This document shows, piece by piece, positions 1 to 8,106 of a DNA stretch of 64,000 bases. The notes under the pieces are model-generated. The model was not told the DNA's origin. It saw only the letters and a program-made list of their open reading frames with translations, and did no database searches. Position 1 is the stretch's first letter. Each line of letters opens with the position of its first letter. Origin of the DNA: Prolixibacteraceae bacterium (GTDB taxonomy: Bacteria; Bacteroidota; Bacteroidia; Bacteroidales; Prolixibacteraceae); contig CAXXGM010000007.1 of the NCBI GenBank assembly GCA_963677325.2, positions 414,146-478,145 of the forward strand, read 5' to 3'. Position numbers and translations under genes: made by a program.

Positions 1-597
1 GCCTCTGTAAAGAAATTGCCTGGACTTGATATTCATCTGTACAAAGCAATTCCATTTGGTGCAGGTCTTGGCGGCGGATCTTCTGATGCAGCCTTTTTTC
101 TTAAGGCATTGAATACGTATTTTGAACTTAAATTATCAAATGAGGAATTGAAGAAATTAGCTCTTCAATTGGGAGCTGATTGCTCTTTCTTTATAGAAAA
201 TACCCCTTCACTTGCAACCGGAATAGGCGAAATATTGGAACCTGTTGAAGTAAATCTTAAAGGATATTGTTTAATACTTATCAAACCCTCTCTGGGTGTG
301 GTCACAAGGGAAGCTTACAGTAAAATTACCCCCCAAATTCCCGATTATCCTCTTTCTGATTCTTTAAAAAAGAAACCTGAAGAATGGATCAAATTCATTA
401 AAAATGATTTTGAGTCTTCCGTTTTTCAGATTTACCCACAAATAGAAATTATTAAAAACCATTTAGCGGAAAAGGGAGCCATTTATGCTTCTATGTCCGG
501 AAGCGGATCCTCTGTTTTCGGACTGTTCAATTCTGAACCGGATCTGACTGAGTTTGATTCAAAAGAGAATTATTTTATCTGGAAAGAGTTATTATGA
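1..597 (+). CDS. ispE: 4-diphosphocytidyl-2-C-methyl-D-erythritol kinase, C-terminal part (5' end lies outside the window)
   Basis: The reading frame is open from base 1. It carries the GHMP-kinase motif 'PFGAGLGGGSSDAAFFL' and a later 'SGSGSSVFG' motif. The stop is TGA at 595-597. Confidence 0.85.
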   Translation, partial: ASVKKLPGLDIHLYKAIPFGAGLGGGSSDAAFFLKALNTYFELKLSNEELKKLALQLGADCSFFIENTPSLATGIGEILEPVEVNLKGYCLILIKPSLGVVTREAYSKITPQIPDYPLSDSLKKKPEEWIKFIKNDFESSVFQIYPQIEIIKNHLAEKGAIYASMSGSGSSVFGLFNSEPDLTEFDSKENYFIWKELL

Positions 598-745
598 GTA
601 ATGTCAAGAATATAATGTCGTATTTTTATACTGAAGGAGTTTAGACTCCAGGCTGAAGGATCGTAATATTCCCCTTTCTCCTTTTCCCTTTAGCCTAAAC
701 ACCTATAGCTTATAAGCCTCATACGCCATTATTTTTAATCCAATT
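598..745. repeat. Arm A of a ~145-nt inverted repeat pair (partner at 4921-5045); built from heptamer-like 'words' (ctgaagg, cctttag, cctaaac)
   Basis: The reverse complement of 4921-5045 aligns by eye with 598-745. Both begin 'gtaatgtcaagaatataatg.cgta' and share 'ctgaaggagtttagact' and 'ctatagc.tataagcctcatac'. Arm A starts 1 nt after the ispE stop. Confidence 0.75.
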
Positions 746-835
746 AATATAAGCAGTCTTTATTTATTGAGGCTCAGGGATTGAATTTTATCAATATGAT
801 AAGCCACATCAAACAACGCTTGTTTTCAATATATT

Positions 836-1246
836 TCAGGGTTTTTTCGGTTCTCCTCTGAAAGCAGGAGGAGGGTTTATCTGTTCCTTCATTCTCACGC
901 TGTCTACAATATAGCGGCTTTCTCCCCTCCAGGCGAGAATTGCATTTTTCTCGAGATAATGTACCACAATTTGATCTCCCTGCATTCTTTGCATCTGACT
1001 GGCCAGGACCGGATCCGTCACAGAGAATAAAAACTTCTCTGAAGCAAGTGGCACATTGGCATTACTTTGCACACTGCTTAAAATCATCTCTCCCTCATAG
1101 GTTTTAAAAATTGTACCCTTCCGTGAAAATTTCTGTAACAATCCGGCACGGTATCCATCACTATAAGTAAAGGAATATTTCCAGTAAAAGAATATCCCTG
1201 AGAACAGGATAATGATAATTAAGAACCAGAATAGTAACTTTTTCAT
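836..1246 (-). CDS. Hypothetical small membrane-anchored protein (136 aa, one N-terminal TM helix)
   Basis: Clean ORF with a hydrophobic N-terminus, 'MKKLLFWFLIIIILFSGIFFYW'. I recognise no family motif. Confidence 0.6.
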   Translation of the reverse strand: MKKLLFWFLIIIILFSGIFFYWKYSFTYSDGYRAGLLQKFSRKGTIFKTYEGEMILSSVQSNANVPLASEKFLFSVTDPVLASQMQRMQGDQIVVHYLEKNAILAWRGESRYIVDSVRMKEQINPPPAFRGEPKKP

Positions 1247-1398
1247 GGGATTCCCTATTTATATAGACAAACTTAATTAAAATTTTCAATATTATAATCA
1301 GCTTTAATTCCCGCCTTCAAACCACAGCGCTATAATTCTTTTGACTATTTTGATTTAAATTGCCATTTTTGTAACATCGAATTAACAAATTAAATTCA

Positions 1399-3084
1399 AT
1401 GGCCGACGAACGACAGATTATTTTTTCAATGTATAAGGTGAGCAAAACTTATCCTCCACAGAAACAGGTTATTAAGGATATTTCGCTCTCGTTTTTTCTT
1501 GGTGCCAAGATTGGAATCATTGGTCTCAATGGATCCGGAAAATCGACCCTCCTCAAGATAATTGCCGGTATTGAAAAGGATTTTCAGGGAGAATTGGCGT
1601 TTTCTCCGGGTTATACTGTTGGACATCTCTCTCAGGAACCTCACCTGGATGAATCCAAAACCGTAATGGGTATTGTTCAGGAAGGCGCCCAGGAGATCGT
1701 GGATATTCTGAATGAATACGAGGAGATTAATCAAAAATTTGCTTTGCCTGAAGTCTATGAGAATCCTGATGTGATGGATAAACTGATGGACCGCCAGGCT
1801 GTATTGCAGGAAAAGATCGATGCTACAGACGCATGGAATCTGAATAATAAGCTGGAACGGGCCATGGATGCACTTCGTTGTCCTGATGGCGATACACCTG
1901 TAAAAATACTCTCCGGAGGTGAGAGACGCCGTGTAGCTCTTTGCAGGCTGCTCCTCAAACAACCCGATATCTTGTTATTGGATGAGCCGACCAACCATCT
2001 TGATGCCGAATCGGTGGAATGGCTGGAGCTTCATCTGCAGCAATACAAGGGAACAGTTATCTGCGTGACGCACGATCGTTATTTCCTTGATCATGTGGCC
2101 GGATGGATCCTTGAACTGGACCGTGGCGAAGGCATTCCCTGGAAAGGCAATTATACCAGTTGGCTGGAGCAGAAACAAAAACGTTTGGAGATGGAAGAAA
2201 AAGGAGTCTCCAAGCGCAGGAAAACTCTTGAAAGAGAGCTTGATTGGGTAAGAATGAGTCCAAAAGCACGTCAGGCGAAGTCTAAAGCAAGATTGGGCGC
2301 CTATGAAAAGCTGTTGAACGAAGATGTGAAGCAGAAAGAAGAAAAGCTGGAAATATTTATTCCCAACGGCCCACGCCTGGGAAGCAGGGTGATTGAAGCC
2401 CATCAGGTTTCAAAAGGCTTCGGTGAAAGGCTGTTGTTTGAAAATCTGGAATTCTCTCTTCCTCCCAACGGAATCGTTGGGGTGATCGGTCCTAACGGCG
2501 CCGGTAAAACCACTTTATTTCGCATGATTCTCGGCATGGAGCAGGTTGATTCCGGTTCTTTTGAAGTGGGTGAAACGGTGAAAATCGGTTATGCCGACCA
2601 GTCACATAAGGATATCGATGATAATAAGACCGTCTACCAGGTCCTGTCAGGCGGAAATGACGAAGTAATTGTAGGTGGAAGGCCTCTCAATGCACGCGCT
2701 TATGTCTCAAGATTCAACTTTAGCGGGTCTGATCAGGAAAAAAAATGCGGGGTACTTTCGGGAGGGGAACGAAACCGTCTTCACCTGGCCCTGACATTAA
2801 AATCTGAGGCCAATGTGCTGTTGCTCGATGAGCCCACCAATGATATCGACATCAACACGCTAAGAGCCCTGGAAGAGGGTTTGGATAATTTTGCCGGGTG
2901 TGCCGTGGTCGTTTCTCATGACCGCTGGTTCCTTGACCGTATTGCAACCCATATCCTGGCTTTTGAAGGAAATTCGCAGGTCTATTATTTTGAAGGATCC
3001 TATTCTGAATACGAGGAAAATAAGAAGAAACGCCTGGGCGATACAACTCCTCACCGGATTCGCTATAAAAAGCTGGGTGTTTGA
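1399..3084 (+). CDS. ettA: ABC-F ATPase, energy-dependent translational throttle EttA
   Basis: 561 aa with two ABC cassettes (Walker A 'GLNGSGKST' and 'GPNGAGKTT', signatures 'LSGGERRR' and 'LSGGERNR'). The N-terminus 'IIFSMYKVSKTYPPQK' and the length are typical of EttA/YjjK. Confidence 0.9.
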   Translation: MADERQIIFSMYKVSKTYPPQKQVIKDISLSFFLGAKIGIIGLNGSGKSTLLKIIAGIEKDFQGELAFSPGYTVGHLSQEPHLDESKTVMGIVQEGAQEIVDILNEYEEINQKFALPEVYENPDVMDKLMDRQAVLQEKIDATDAWNLNNKLERAMDALRCPDGDTPVKILSGGERRRVALCRLLLKQPDILLLDEPTNHLDAESVEWLELHLQQYKGTVICVTHDRYFLDHVAGWILELDRGEGIPWKGNYTSWLEQKQKRLEMEEKGVSKRRKTLERELDWVRMSPKARQAKSKARLGAYEKLLNEDVKQKEEKLEIFIPNGPRLGSRVIEAHQVSKGFGERLLFENLEFSLPPNGIVGVIGPNGAGKTTLFRMILGMEQVDSGSFEVGETVKIGYADQSHKDIDDNKTVYQVLSGGNDEVIVGGRPLNARAYVSRFNFSGSDQEKKCGVLSGGERNRLHLALTLKSEANVLLLDEPTNDIDINTLRALEEGLDNFAGCAVVVSHDRWFLDRIATHILAFEGNSQVYYFEGSYSEYEENKKKRLGDTTPHRIRYKKLGV

Positions 3085-3376
3085 TATTTACTTCACCACA
3101 CCGGGTATCTTGTCTCGTCCTGATTTTTGTTTACAGTTTTGAACTAAGTTTTTCTAACATTTTCTTTTTAATTTCAAATCTTTACTTTTGTCAGCATCAG
3201 ATGAAACGGAAAAAGGCTCTGCTGGCGAGCAACCTTCGAGGGATAAATCTGATTCAGTGAGAATAAAACTTGTCCTGGCAATGATTTCGAGCCGGGACTT
3301 TTTATTTTTATTCTTTCTGATCAGGATGCCTAAAAAAACGCATGTCGCGAAGCGACAAATATTCCAATCAAAGAGT

Positions 3377-4294
3377 TTAGCTGCTTTTTTCAGAAGCGAC
3401 AAAACTAAGGATCTTTTTCTCATCTTTCCCTTTGCTGTAATTATAATTCTTCCAAAGTTTTCTCATTTCACCTGTTTTTGTATGTACCTCACTTGGAGTC
3501 ATCATATTCAAGCTTGAATGAGGCCTTTTCTCGTTATAAATTTGGATGATCTCCATAATTTTAGCGGAGGCTTCCTCAAGGGATTTAAGCTCCAGATGAT
3601 TTAGCCATTCTATTTTCAGGATACCATTTACCCTTTCAGCTACAGCATTCTCCCTGGGATCACCGTTTTCAGTCATGCTTATTTTAAAATGATTCTTTTT
3701 TAAAACTTTTATGTAATCATGACAACAGTACTGTGCTCCCCGGTCAGAATGGTGATAAACCTTCTTTATTCCTTTAGGGATCTGGCTGATGGCCATTTTA
3801 AGAGCATCAACCGTATAGTTCGCACCCAAGGTTTTTCCCAGTGCCCATCCGGTTATCTTTCTGGAATAACCATCGGTGACCAGGCTTAAAAATCCCCATC
3901 CTTGTCTGGTTCTGATAAAAGTTATATCACTAACCAGAAGTTGATGAGGCCCCCTGGGGATAAAGCCCTTTATCAGGTTAGGATACTTTCGCATCCAGTG
4001 ATCACTGTAAGTGGTCCTTACCCTAGATTTCCACCTTCGGGCCAGAAGCCCGTTTTCGCGCAAAAAATCAAAGAACAGATCCCGTCCTAACCGCAGCTCC
4101 CGCGGAAGTTCCGGTTCAATTAATTTAAACAGTTTCCTTCCCCCGATTTTGGGCATCACCTCCCGCTGCTCCTGAACCAGTTGATAGAGGATCTCGGATT
4201 TGACACTTTCCTTGTAATTGTATTTTAATTGCTGATAATAAGCTTGCCTACTCTTGCCAAACAGTTCACACAAAGGATTAACCTGATAGGCCAA
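3377..4294 (-). CDS. IS3-family transposase OrfB (DDE/rve integrase core), probably made as an OrfAB fusion by -1 frameshifting
   Basis: The DDE triad contexts are 'LLVSDITFI', 'HHSDRGAQY' and 'ENAVAERVNGILK'. The frame stays open upstream to the slippery site at 4333-4339; the track's 'M' at 4294 is a TTG codon. Confidence 0.85.
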   Translation of the reverse strand: MAYQVNPLCELFGKSRQAYYQQLKYNYKESVKSEILYQLVQEQREVMPKIGGRKLFKLIEPELPRELRLGRDLFFDFLRENGLLARRWKSRVRTTYSDHWMRKYPNLIKGFIPRGPHQLLVSDITFIRTRQGWGFLSLVTDGYSRKITGWALGKTLGANYTVDALKMAISQIPKGIKKVYHHSDRGAQYCCHDYIKVLKKNHFKISMTENGDPRENAVAERVNGILKIEWLNHLELKSLEEASAKIMEIIQIYNEKRPHSSLNMMTPSEVHTKTGEMRKLWKNYNYSKGKDEKKILSFVASEKSS

Positions 4295-4314
4295 TTCCCC
4301 CCTGTGCAGCTCCT

Positions 4315-4683
4315 CTACTGTTTGGCACCAGAGTTTTTTCTTACCTTGATCTTAAGATCACGCTCTGCAATATCAATCATCTTATTGAGAACAACCGTGC
4401 GCAGACGTTCCTTCTCAAGTTCTTTTTTAAGCTGGCTGTTCTCCAGCTCCAACTCCTGTTCCCTGGGTGTTTTTTGGCTTTGTTCTTTTATCGCTCTTTC
4501 AAATTCAATCTCACGCTCAGTGGGTTTATGGAGGCCAAATTTACGAACCCAATCCGAAATACAACTCCTGCACTTGATACCATATTTTTTCTGAACTTCA
4601 GAAACCGTGGCATCACTCATTAAATACTCCTGGACAACTTTCAGCTTAAAATCGTCCGTGTAACTGTTTACTTTTCTCTTCAT
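4315..4683 (-). CDS. IS3-family transposase OrfA (HTH DNA-binding part)
   Basis: 122 aa containing 'FKLKVVQEYL...VSEVQKKYGI' followed by a coiled-coil/leucine-zipper-like tail. It sits immediately upstream of the DDE ORF and overlaps it. Confidence 0.85.
   Translation of the reverse strand: MKRKVNSYTDDFKLKVVQEYLMSDATVSEVQKKYGIKCRSCISDWVRKFGLHKPTEREIEFERAIKEQSQKTPREQELELENSQLKKELEKERLRTVVLNKMIDIAERDLKIKVRKNSGAKQ
4333..4339 (-). other. Putative programmed -1 ribosomal frameshift heptamer A_AAA_AAC joining orfA to orfB
   Basis: The minus strand reads 'gta aga aaa aac tct' near the end of orfA. A shift to -1 gives '..KKLWCQTVEELHRGELAYQVNPL', which runs continuously into OrfB. Confidence 0.6.
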
Positions 4684-4760
4684 AAAATCCTGAATTTACT
4701 TTACTTTTTAAGTAAACCTATTTCAGGACAAGACATACAACTCTATACCTTTTCCGGTGT

Positions 4761-4815
4761 TTATTCGTAGTTTATTCGTATATTATTCGTATCTAATCGA
4801 ATAAACTACGAATAA
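4761..4815. repeat. Perfect 18-bp inverted repeat (ttattcgtagtttattcg / cgaataaactacgaataa) with a 19-nt spacer; the left part is an 11-nt periodic 'attcgta' triplet
   Basis: Read directly: 4761-4778 is the exact reverse complement of 4798-4815. Confidence 0.85.
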
Positions 4816-4920
4816 TCTACGGATCAGGTATGAATAAATAGCGGGCCGGTTCCTATCAGGGATTATTCGTCCAATTGTTTTGTTCAGCAACAGATATAAA
4901 GAAGTTGATAAGTATTAAGT

Positions 4921-5045
4921 AACAGGAATAAAATAATGTTGTATGAGGCTTATAGGCTATAGGTAAATGGAGAATATTATGAACCATCGGCCTAAAGTCT
5001 AAACTCCTTCAGCCTAAAATTACGGCATTATATTCTTGACATTAC
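4921..5045. repeat. Arm B of the ~145-nt inverted repeat pair (partner at 598-745)
   Basis: See 598-745. I estimate the arms agree at roughly 8-9 of every 10 positions over the first ~75 nt, and arm B has a ~20-nt deletion relative to arm A. Confidence 0.75.
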
Positions 5046-5075
5046 TTACAGCTATTTCAGGAGTCAATATTTTCC

Positions 5076-5083
5076 TATTTTTG
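5076..5083 (+). promoter_or_regulatory. Bacteroidota-type -7 promoter box TATTTTTG
   Basis: Matches TAnnTTTG, 17 nt upstream of the ATG at 5100. Confidence 0.45.
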
Positions 5084-5099
5084 GTCAAAATTAGAATGG

Positions 5100-5624
5100 A
5101 TGAAGAAACTACTTTTCATATTACTCTTTGTGCCTCATTTCTTATTTGCACAAAATTATTCAGGAGAGGTTAAAGTTCCGGGTAAAAATGCCGTTTATTT
5201 ATTTGGTAAAGCCAGGGAATGGTTTGCCGAAAACCATAAGTCACCAGATAAAACACCTTTTACAGAAGATGTTTCCAATGGTAAAATTAAAGGCAGCGGC
5301 CAGTTTTCTTTTATGGTCTATTCCAATGATATTGCCATGAATGTGGCTGCATTTTATAATTTGATCATTACGATCAGGGATAATAGCTATTCCTACTCAT
5401 TTGACAATATTATGCTGGAACGCGGGAGAAAATTTCCCTTGTCAACTTTCAAAGAAGGAATGACGAAGGAAGGAACGGTTGAAATGTTCAAAACTGGAGG
5501 AGTAAAGGCACCAGGCAAGAAAATGATTGAAACGAATATGGATTATAATACGAAAGTGGTCAACCAGTGTGAATCTGAAATTGAACGCATCGCCTCCAGT
5601 ATTGAAGATAAGATGAAAAGCTGA
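5100..5624 (+). CDS. Exported DUF4468-like protein (TBP-like fold family common in Bacteroidota)
   Basis: Signal peptide 'MKKLLFILLFVPHFLFAQ', then 'LFGKAREWFAENHKS', which resembles DUF4468 N-terminal regions. The family assignment is from memory. Confidence 0.55.
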   Translation: MKKLLFILLFVPHFLFAQNYSGEVKVPGKNAVYLFGKAREWFAENHKSPDKTPFTEDVSNGKIKGSGQFSFMVYSNDIAMNVAAFYNLIITIRDNSYSYSFDNIMLERGRKFPLSTFKEGMTKEGTVEMFKTGGVKAPGKKMIETNMDYNTKVVNQCESEIERIASSIEDKMKS

Positions 5625-5643
5625 AATTTAGATAATTCTTTTT

Positions 5644-5700
5644 GAAGAAGGCCGGTCCGGGAACAATTAATATTAATCTAGGGGCCGGCCTTCTTCGTTT
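5644..5700 (+). terminator. Hairpin terminator candidate (12-bp GC-rich stem gaagaaggccgg/ccggccttcttc, long loop, then gtttt)
   Basis: 5644-5655 is the reverse complement of 5685-5696. It lies 20 nt after the stop at 5624. Confidence 0.55.
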
Positions 5701-5762
5701 TGGCTGAAGAGTATTTTTAATTATAAATTTATTATATAATTTAGGAATTCTAAAATCGGCCT

Positions 5763-6974
5763 ATGTTAATCAATAAATCCAATCTTGTACCGGTTCAGAT
5801 TCTTAACGGATTAAAGGCAAAGTATTTTGTGCAGTCATACCGTATCAGTCCAATTCGTCTTGAGATTGATCAAATGCCGGCAGGAGCATGGTTTATAAAT
5901 CTCTATATTTCAAGGATCGGTGATCATATTTACCGGTTTTTGGTTGAAGTCAGTGAAGACAGGCTCACTTTAATTGCAAGTGGTCAGTTGCCGGTTGATT
6001 ATCCTTTCCTTCATCCTGAAAACGGATTTTTCTATGCTGCACTTTTTGATGAAGGCGGGGATATTTCAAAGTTATCACTAATTGATCCCATTCACCTGAG
6101 TTTTCGCAACCCCATTCCTCCGGATCAATATCTTTCTTTTGAACTTGACCTTTCAAAGACTTCTTTCAATATCCTTGAACATGCAAAAAGAAGAGGTAAA
6201 ATTCTGATTGAGGTCAAGTCCGAATCCAAAGTACTGAGAAGTAATCTTCAATATGGCTCCGTCAGAAATTTGCTCATTCCATTCTCTGAGCTGATCAAAA
6301 CGGCCATTCTTGATCATAATCCACGTTTATCTCTGAAGATGATCGAGGATTATCTTGGGTTTGGATTCAGTTACATGGGTATCGGGACGCTTCATACGCT
6401 CATAGAGTTAAATTGTCATACCGATCTTTTTGGAGCTAATCCTGAACTCGAAAACCTTTCTGCTTTATTTTCCATGTTGCGGGCCGATGATCCGCTGGAA
6501 ATCATAGAAGCAATGCGTTATTTTAAAAATAAAAAGATCATTCCGGATTACATCCGGCTTCTTCGTTCGTTGAATAAATCAGGTTCCGGATATCTTTTTA
6601 AACTGGCTTCGCCTCATCAGGAGTATCCGGAAATCTATTTCGATTGGGCTAGGGCACAAATCATCAAGAATATCATTGAAGCCAGTTTGCCTGTAACTGA
6701 TTATGACGAAGTGGTTACGGGAACCTTGACCTGCCTTGATTTTGAAAATCGCAAACGACCTGTATTTTCATTGCATTCAGATGATGATGACCGGATTTAT
6801 AATGGTTTTATTGATCCTGCACTTGATGAATTGATGAATAACAAAGATTTTCAGTTTTGCAGTAAAGTTTATGATTGTACTTTACGGGTATTATTTATAC
6901 CGGAATCAATTAAAAAAGAAGAGCAGTACCGGTATACTTTGCTGCGAATTGAGGAAGTGGGTGATAGAGTATAA
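5763..6974 (+). CDS. Hypothetical cytoplasmic protein, 403 aa, no recognisable domain
   Basis: Long clean ORF with no signal peptide or TM segment. It lies between a terminator and the metal-efflux cluster. Confidence 0.6.
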   Translation: MLINKSNLVPVQILNGLKAKYFVQSYRISPIRLEIDQMPAGAWFINLYISRIGDHIYRFLVEVSEDRLTLIASGQLPVDYPFLHPENGFFYAALFDEGGDISKLSLIDPIHLSFRNPIPPDQYLSFELDLSKTSFNILEHAKRRGKILIEVKSESKVLRSNLQYGSVRNLLIPFSELIKTAILDHNPRLSLKMIEDYLGFGFSYMGIGTLHTLIELNCHTDLFGANPELENLSALFSMLRADDPLEIIEAMRYFKNKKIIPDYIRLLRSLNKSGSGYLFKLASPHQEYPEIYFDWARAQIIKNIIEASLPVTDYDEVVTGTLTCLDFENRKRPVFSLHSDDDDRIYNGFIDPALDELMNNKDFQFCSKVYDCTLRVLFIPESIKKEEQYRYTLLRIEEVGDRV

Positions 6975-7075
6975 TTGCTGAATTTAAATTATGAATCAAT
7001 TTCTAAAGTATAATCATATTTACATATGAAATGAATAATATTTGCACGATTTTTGGTAGATAAATCTTTAAAATT

Positions 7076-7083
7076 TATCTTTG
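7076..7083 (+). promoter_or_regulatory. -7 promoter box TATCTTTG
   Basis: Matches TAnnTTTG only 7 nt before the ATG at 7091, which implies a very short leader or a leaderless transcript. Confidence 0.4.
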
Positions 7084-7090
7084 TAGTAAG

Positions 7091-7510
7091 ATGAGAAAAA
7101 TGGTCTCCATTGTAATGGCCTTTATGGTTCTGCTGTCAGTAGTAAATCTGTCAGTGGCTACGCATCTATGTCAGGGTAAAGTGGTGGACATGAAAATATC
7201 GATTACTGGTCAGAAACCTCATTCCTGCGGCATGGAAGATAATCATGACTCATCACCAATTGGAAGTATTTTCAAAAATAAATGCTGTGCAAATGAATTG
7301 ACATCCCTTAAAGTCGATTCTAATTATTCACCTTCCTACTTTAAAAATCTTCCGGTATTTCAGAACGAGATTCACTTTGCAGCTGCTCTGGTAGCTGATA
7401 TGATGAACTCTCCTGTATTTACCAAAACTTCCAGTTATATTCTTAGTCCGCCGGATATTTTGCCCATACATTCGGTTGATCTGGCTAGTATCTGCGTTTT
7501 CCGTATTTGA
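7091..7510 (+). CDS. Small membrane-anchored Cys-motif protein; first gene of the metal-efflux cluster (resembles the 'HYC_CC_PP'-type family)
   Basis: N-terminal TM helix, then the motifs 'THLCQG', 'KCCANE' and 'SPPD' in that order. The family name is recalled from memory and not verified. Confidence 0.5.
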   Translation: MRKMVSIVMAFMVLLSVVNLSVATHLCQGKVVDMKISITGQKPHSCGMEDNHDSSPIGSIFKNKCCANELTSLKVDSNYSPSYFKNLPVFQNEIHFAAALVADMMNSPVFTKTSSYILSPPDILPIHSVDLASICVFRI

Positions 7511-7602
7511 TTCCTTATAGCATTATCTAACAGGGTAAATTCTCTTTATCCTGCATCTCCGTTTATTCCTATTTTTTTATTAATCAATTTTATTTTTTTA
7601 TT

Positions 7603-7950
7603 ATGAAAACAATAAAAATATTTCTTGCTATATTGGTAATAGTAATCAGTTCAGCATCTAATGCCCATCCGGTGATGGGTAATACAAAAACAGAATCTTT
7701 TAAAGTATCGGGTAATTGCGGCTCATGCAAGGCCCGCATTGAAAAAGCAGCTATGATGGATGGTGTATCAAAAGCCGAATGGAATCAGGATACTAAAAAA
7801 CTCACTGTAGTCTATGATCCCTCAAAGGTAACCAATGACGCCATTCAAAAGAAGATTGCAGCAGTTGGACATGATACCGAAAAGTATAAAGCAGACGACA
7901 AGGCTTACAACAAATTGGATGCCTGTTGCCAATATGAGAGGAAGAAGTAG
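7603..7950 (+). CDS. Secreted heavy-metal-associated (HMA) domain protein with a C-terminal Cys-Cys motif
   Basis: Signal peptide, then 'FKVSGNCGSCKARIEKA', a CxxC HMA ferredoxin-like fold. The C-terminus carries 'LDACCQYE'. The stop is TAG. Confidence 0.8.
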   Translation: MKTIKIFLAILVIVISSASNAHPVMGNTKTESFKVSGNCGSCKARIEKAAMMDGVSKAEWNQDTKKLTVVYDPSKVTNDAIQKKIAAVGHDTEKYKADDKAYNKLDACCQYERKK

Positions 7951-7954
7951 AAGG

Positions 7955-8097
7955 AGGCTTTAGATGTAAGGCTTTAGGCTTAAGACTTAAGACCGAAGGA
8001 GAGTACGGCAGGTTGCGTACGCCTTCAGCCTTACGCCTTCAGCCTTACGCCTTCAGCCTTACGCCTAAAGTCTAAAGTCTAAAGCCTTACACCTAAA
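7955..8097. repeat. Heptamer-built imperfect palindrome; the right arm is 11 tandem 7-mers (gccttca/gccttac/gcctaaa/gtctaaa)
   Basis: Left arm: 'ggctttagatgtaaggctttaggcttaagacttaagaccgaagg'. The reverse complement of the right arm is 'ttttaggtgtaaggctttagactttagactttaggcgtaaggctgaagg'. It fills the HMA-cusA intergenic region. Confidence 0.8.
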
Positions 8098-8106
8098 ATA
8101 ATAGAG

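Larger units (their letters stand above)
3111..4735 (-). mobile_element. IS3-family insertion sequence, apparently intact (orfA + orfB, -1 frameshift site, 24-bp imperfect terminal inverted repeats with TG...CA ends)
   Basis: The left end is 'TGTCTCGTCCTGATTTTTGTTTAC' (3111-3134). The reverse complement of 4712-4735 is 'TGTCTTGTCCTGAAATAGGTTTAC', matching 19/24 with no gaps. The element encloses orfA and orfB. I see no clear target-site duplication. Confidence 0.75.

Noticed and set aside
1426-3142. Several 60-180-aa ORFs antisense to or overlapping ettA. Similar shadow ORFs occur inside cusA, cusB, the Lpd-like gene, the histidine kinase, GH38, gyrB and others.
   Set aside because: They lie entirely within long ORFs that carry strong family motifs on the other strand or frame. 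They are typical shadow ORFs with no motifs.
3262-3290. An alternative left end for the IS3 element ('cttgtcctgg' resembles the right-end repeat).
   Set aside because: It matches the right-end repeat for only ~9 contiguous nt. The 3111-3134 candidate matches 19/24 without gaps and gives canonical TG...CA termini.
3154-3517. ORFs 3154-3423 (-) and 3188-3517 (+) near the left end of the IS3 element.
   Set aside because: They overlap each other and the orfB 3' end, lie in the IS untranslated end region, and have low-complexity translations.
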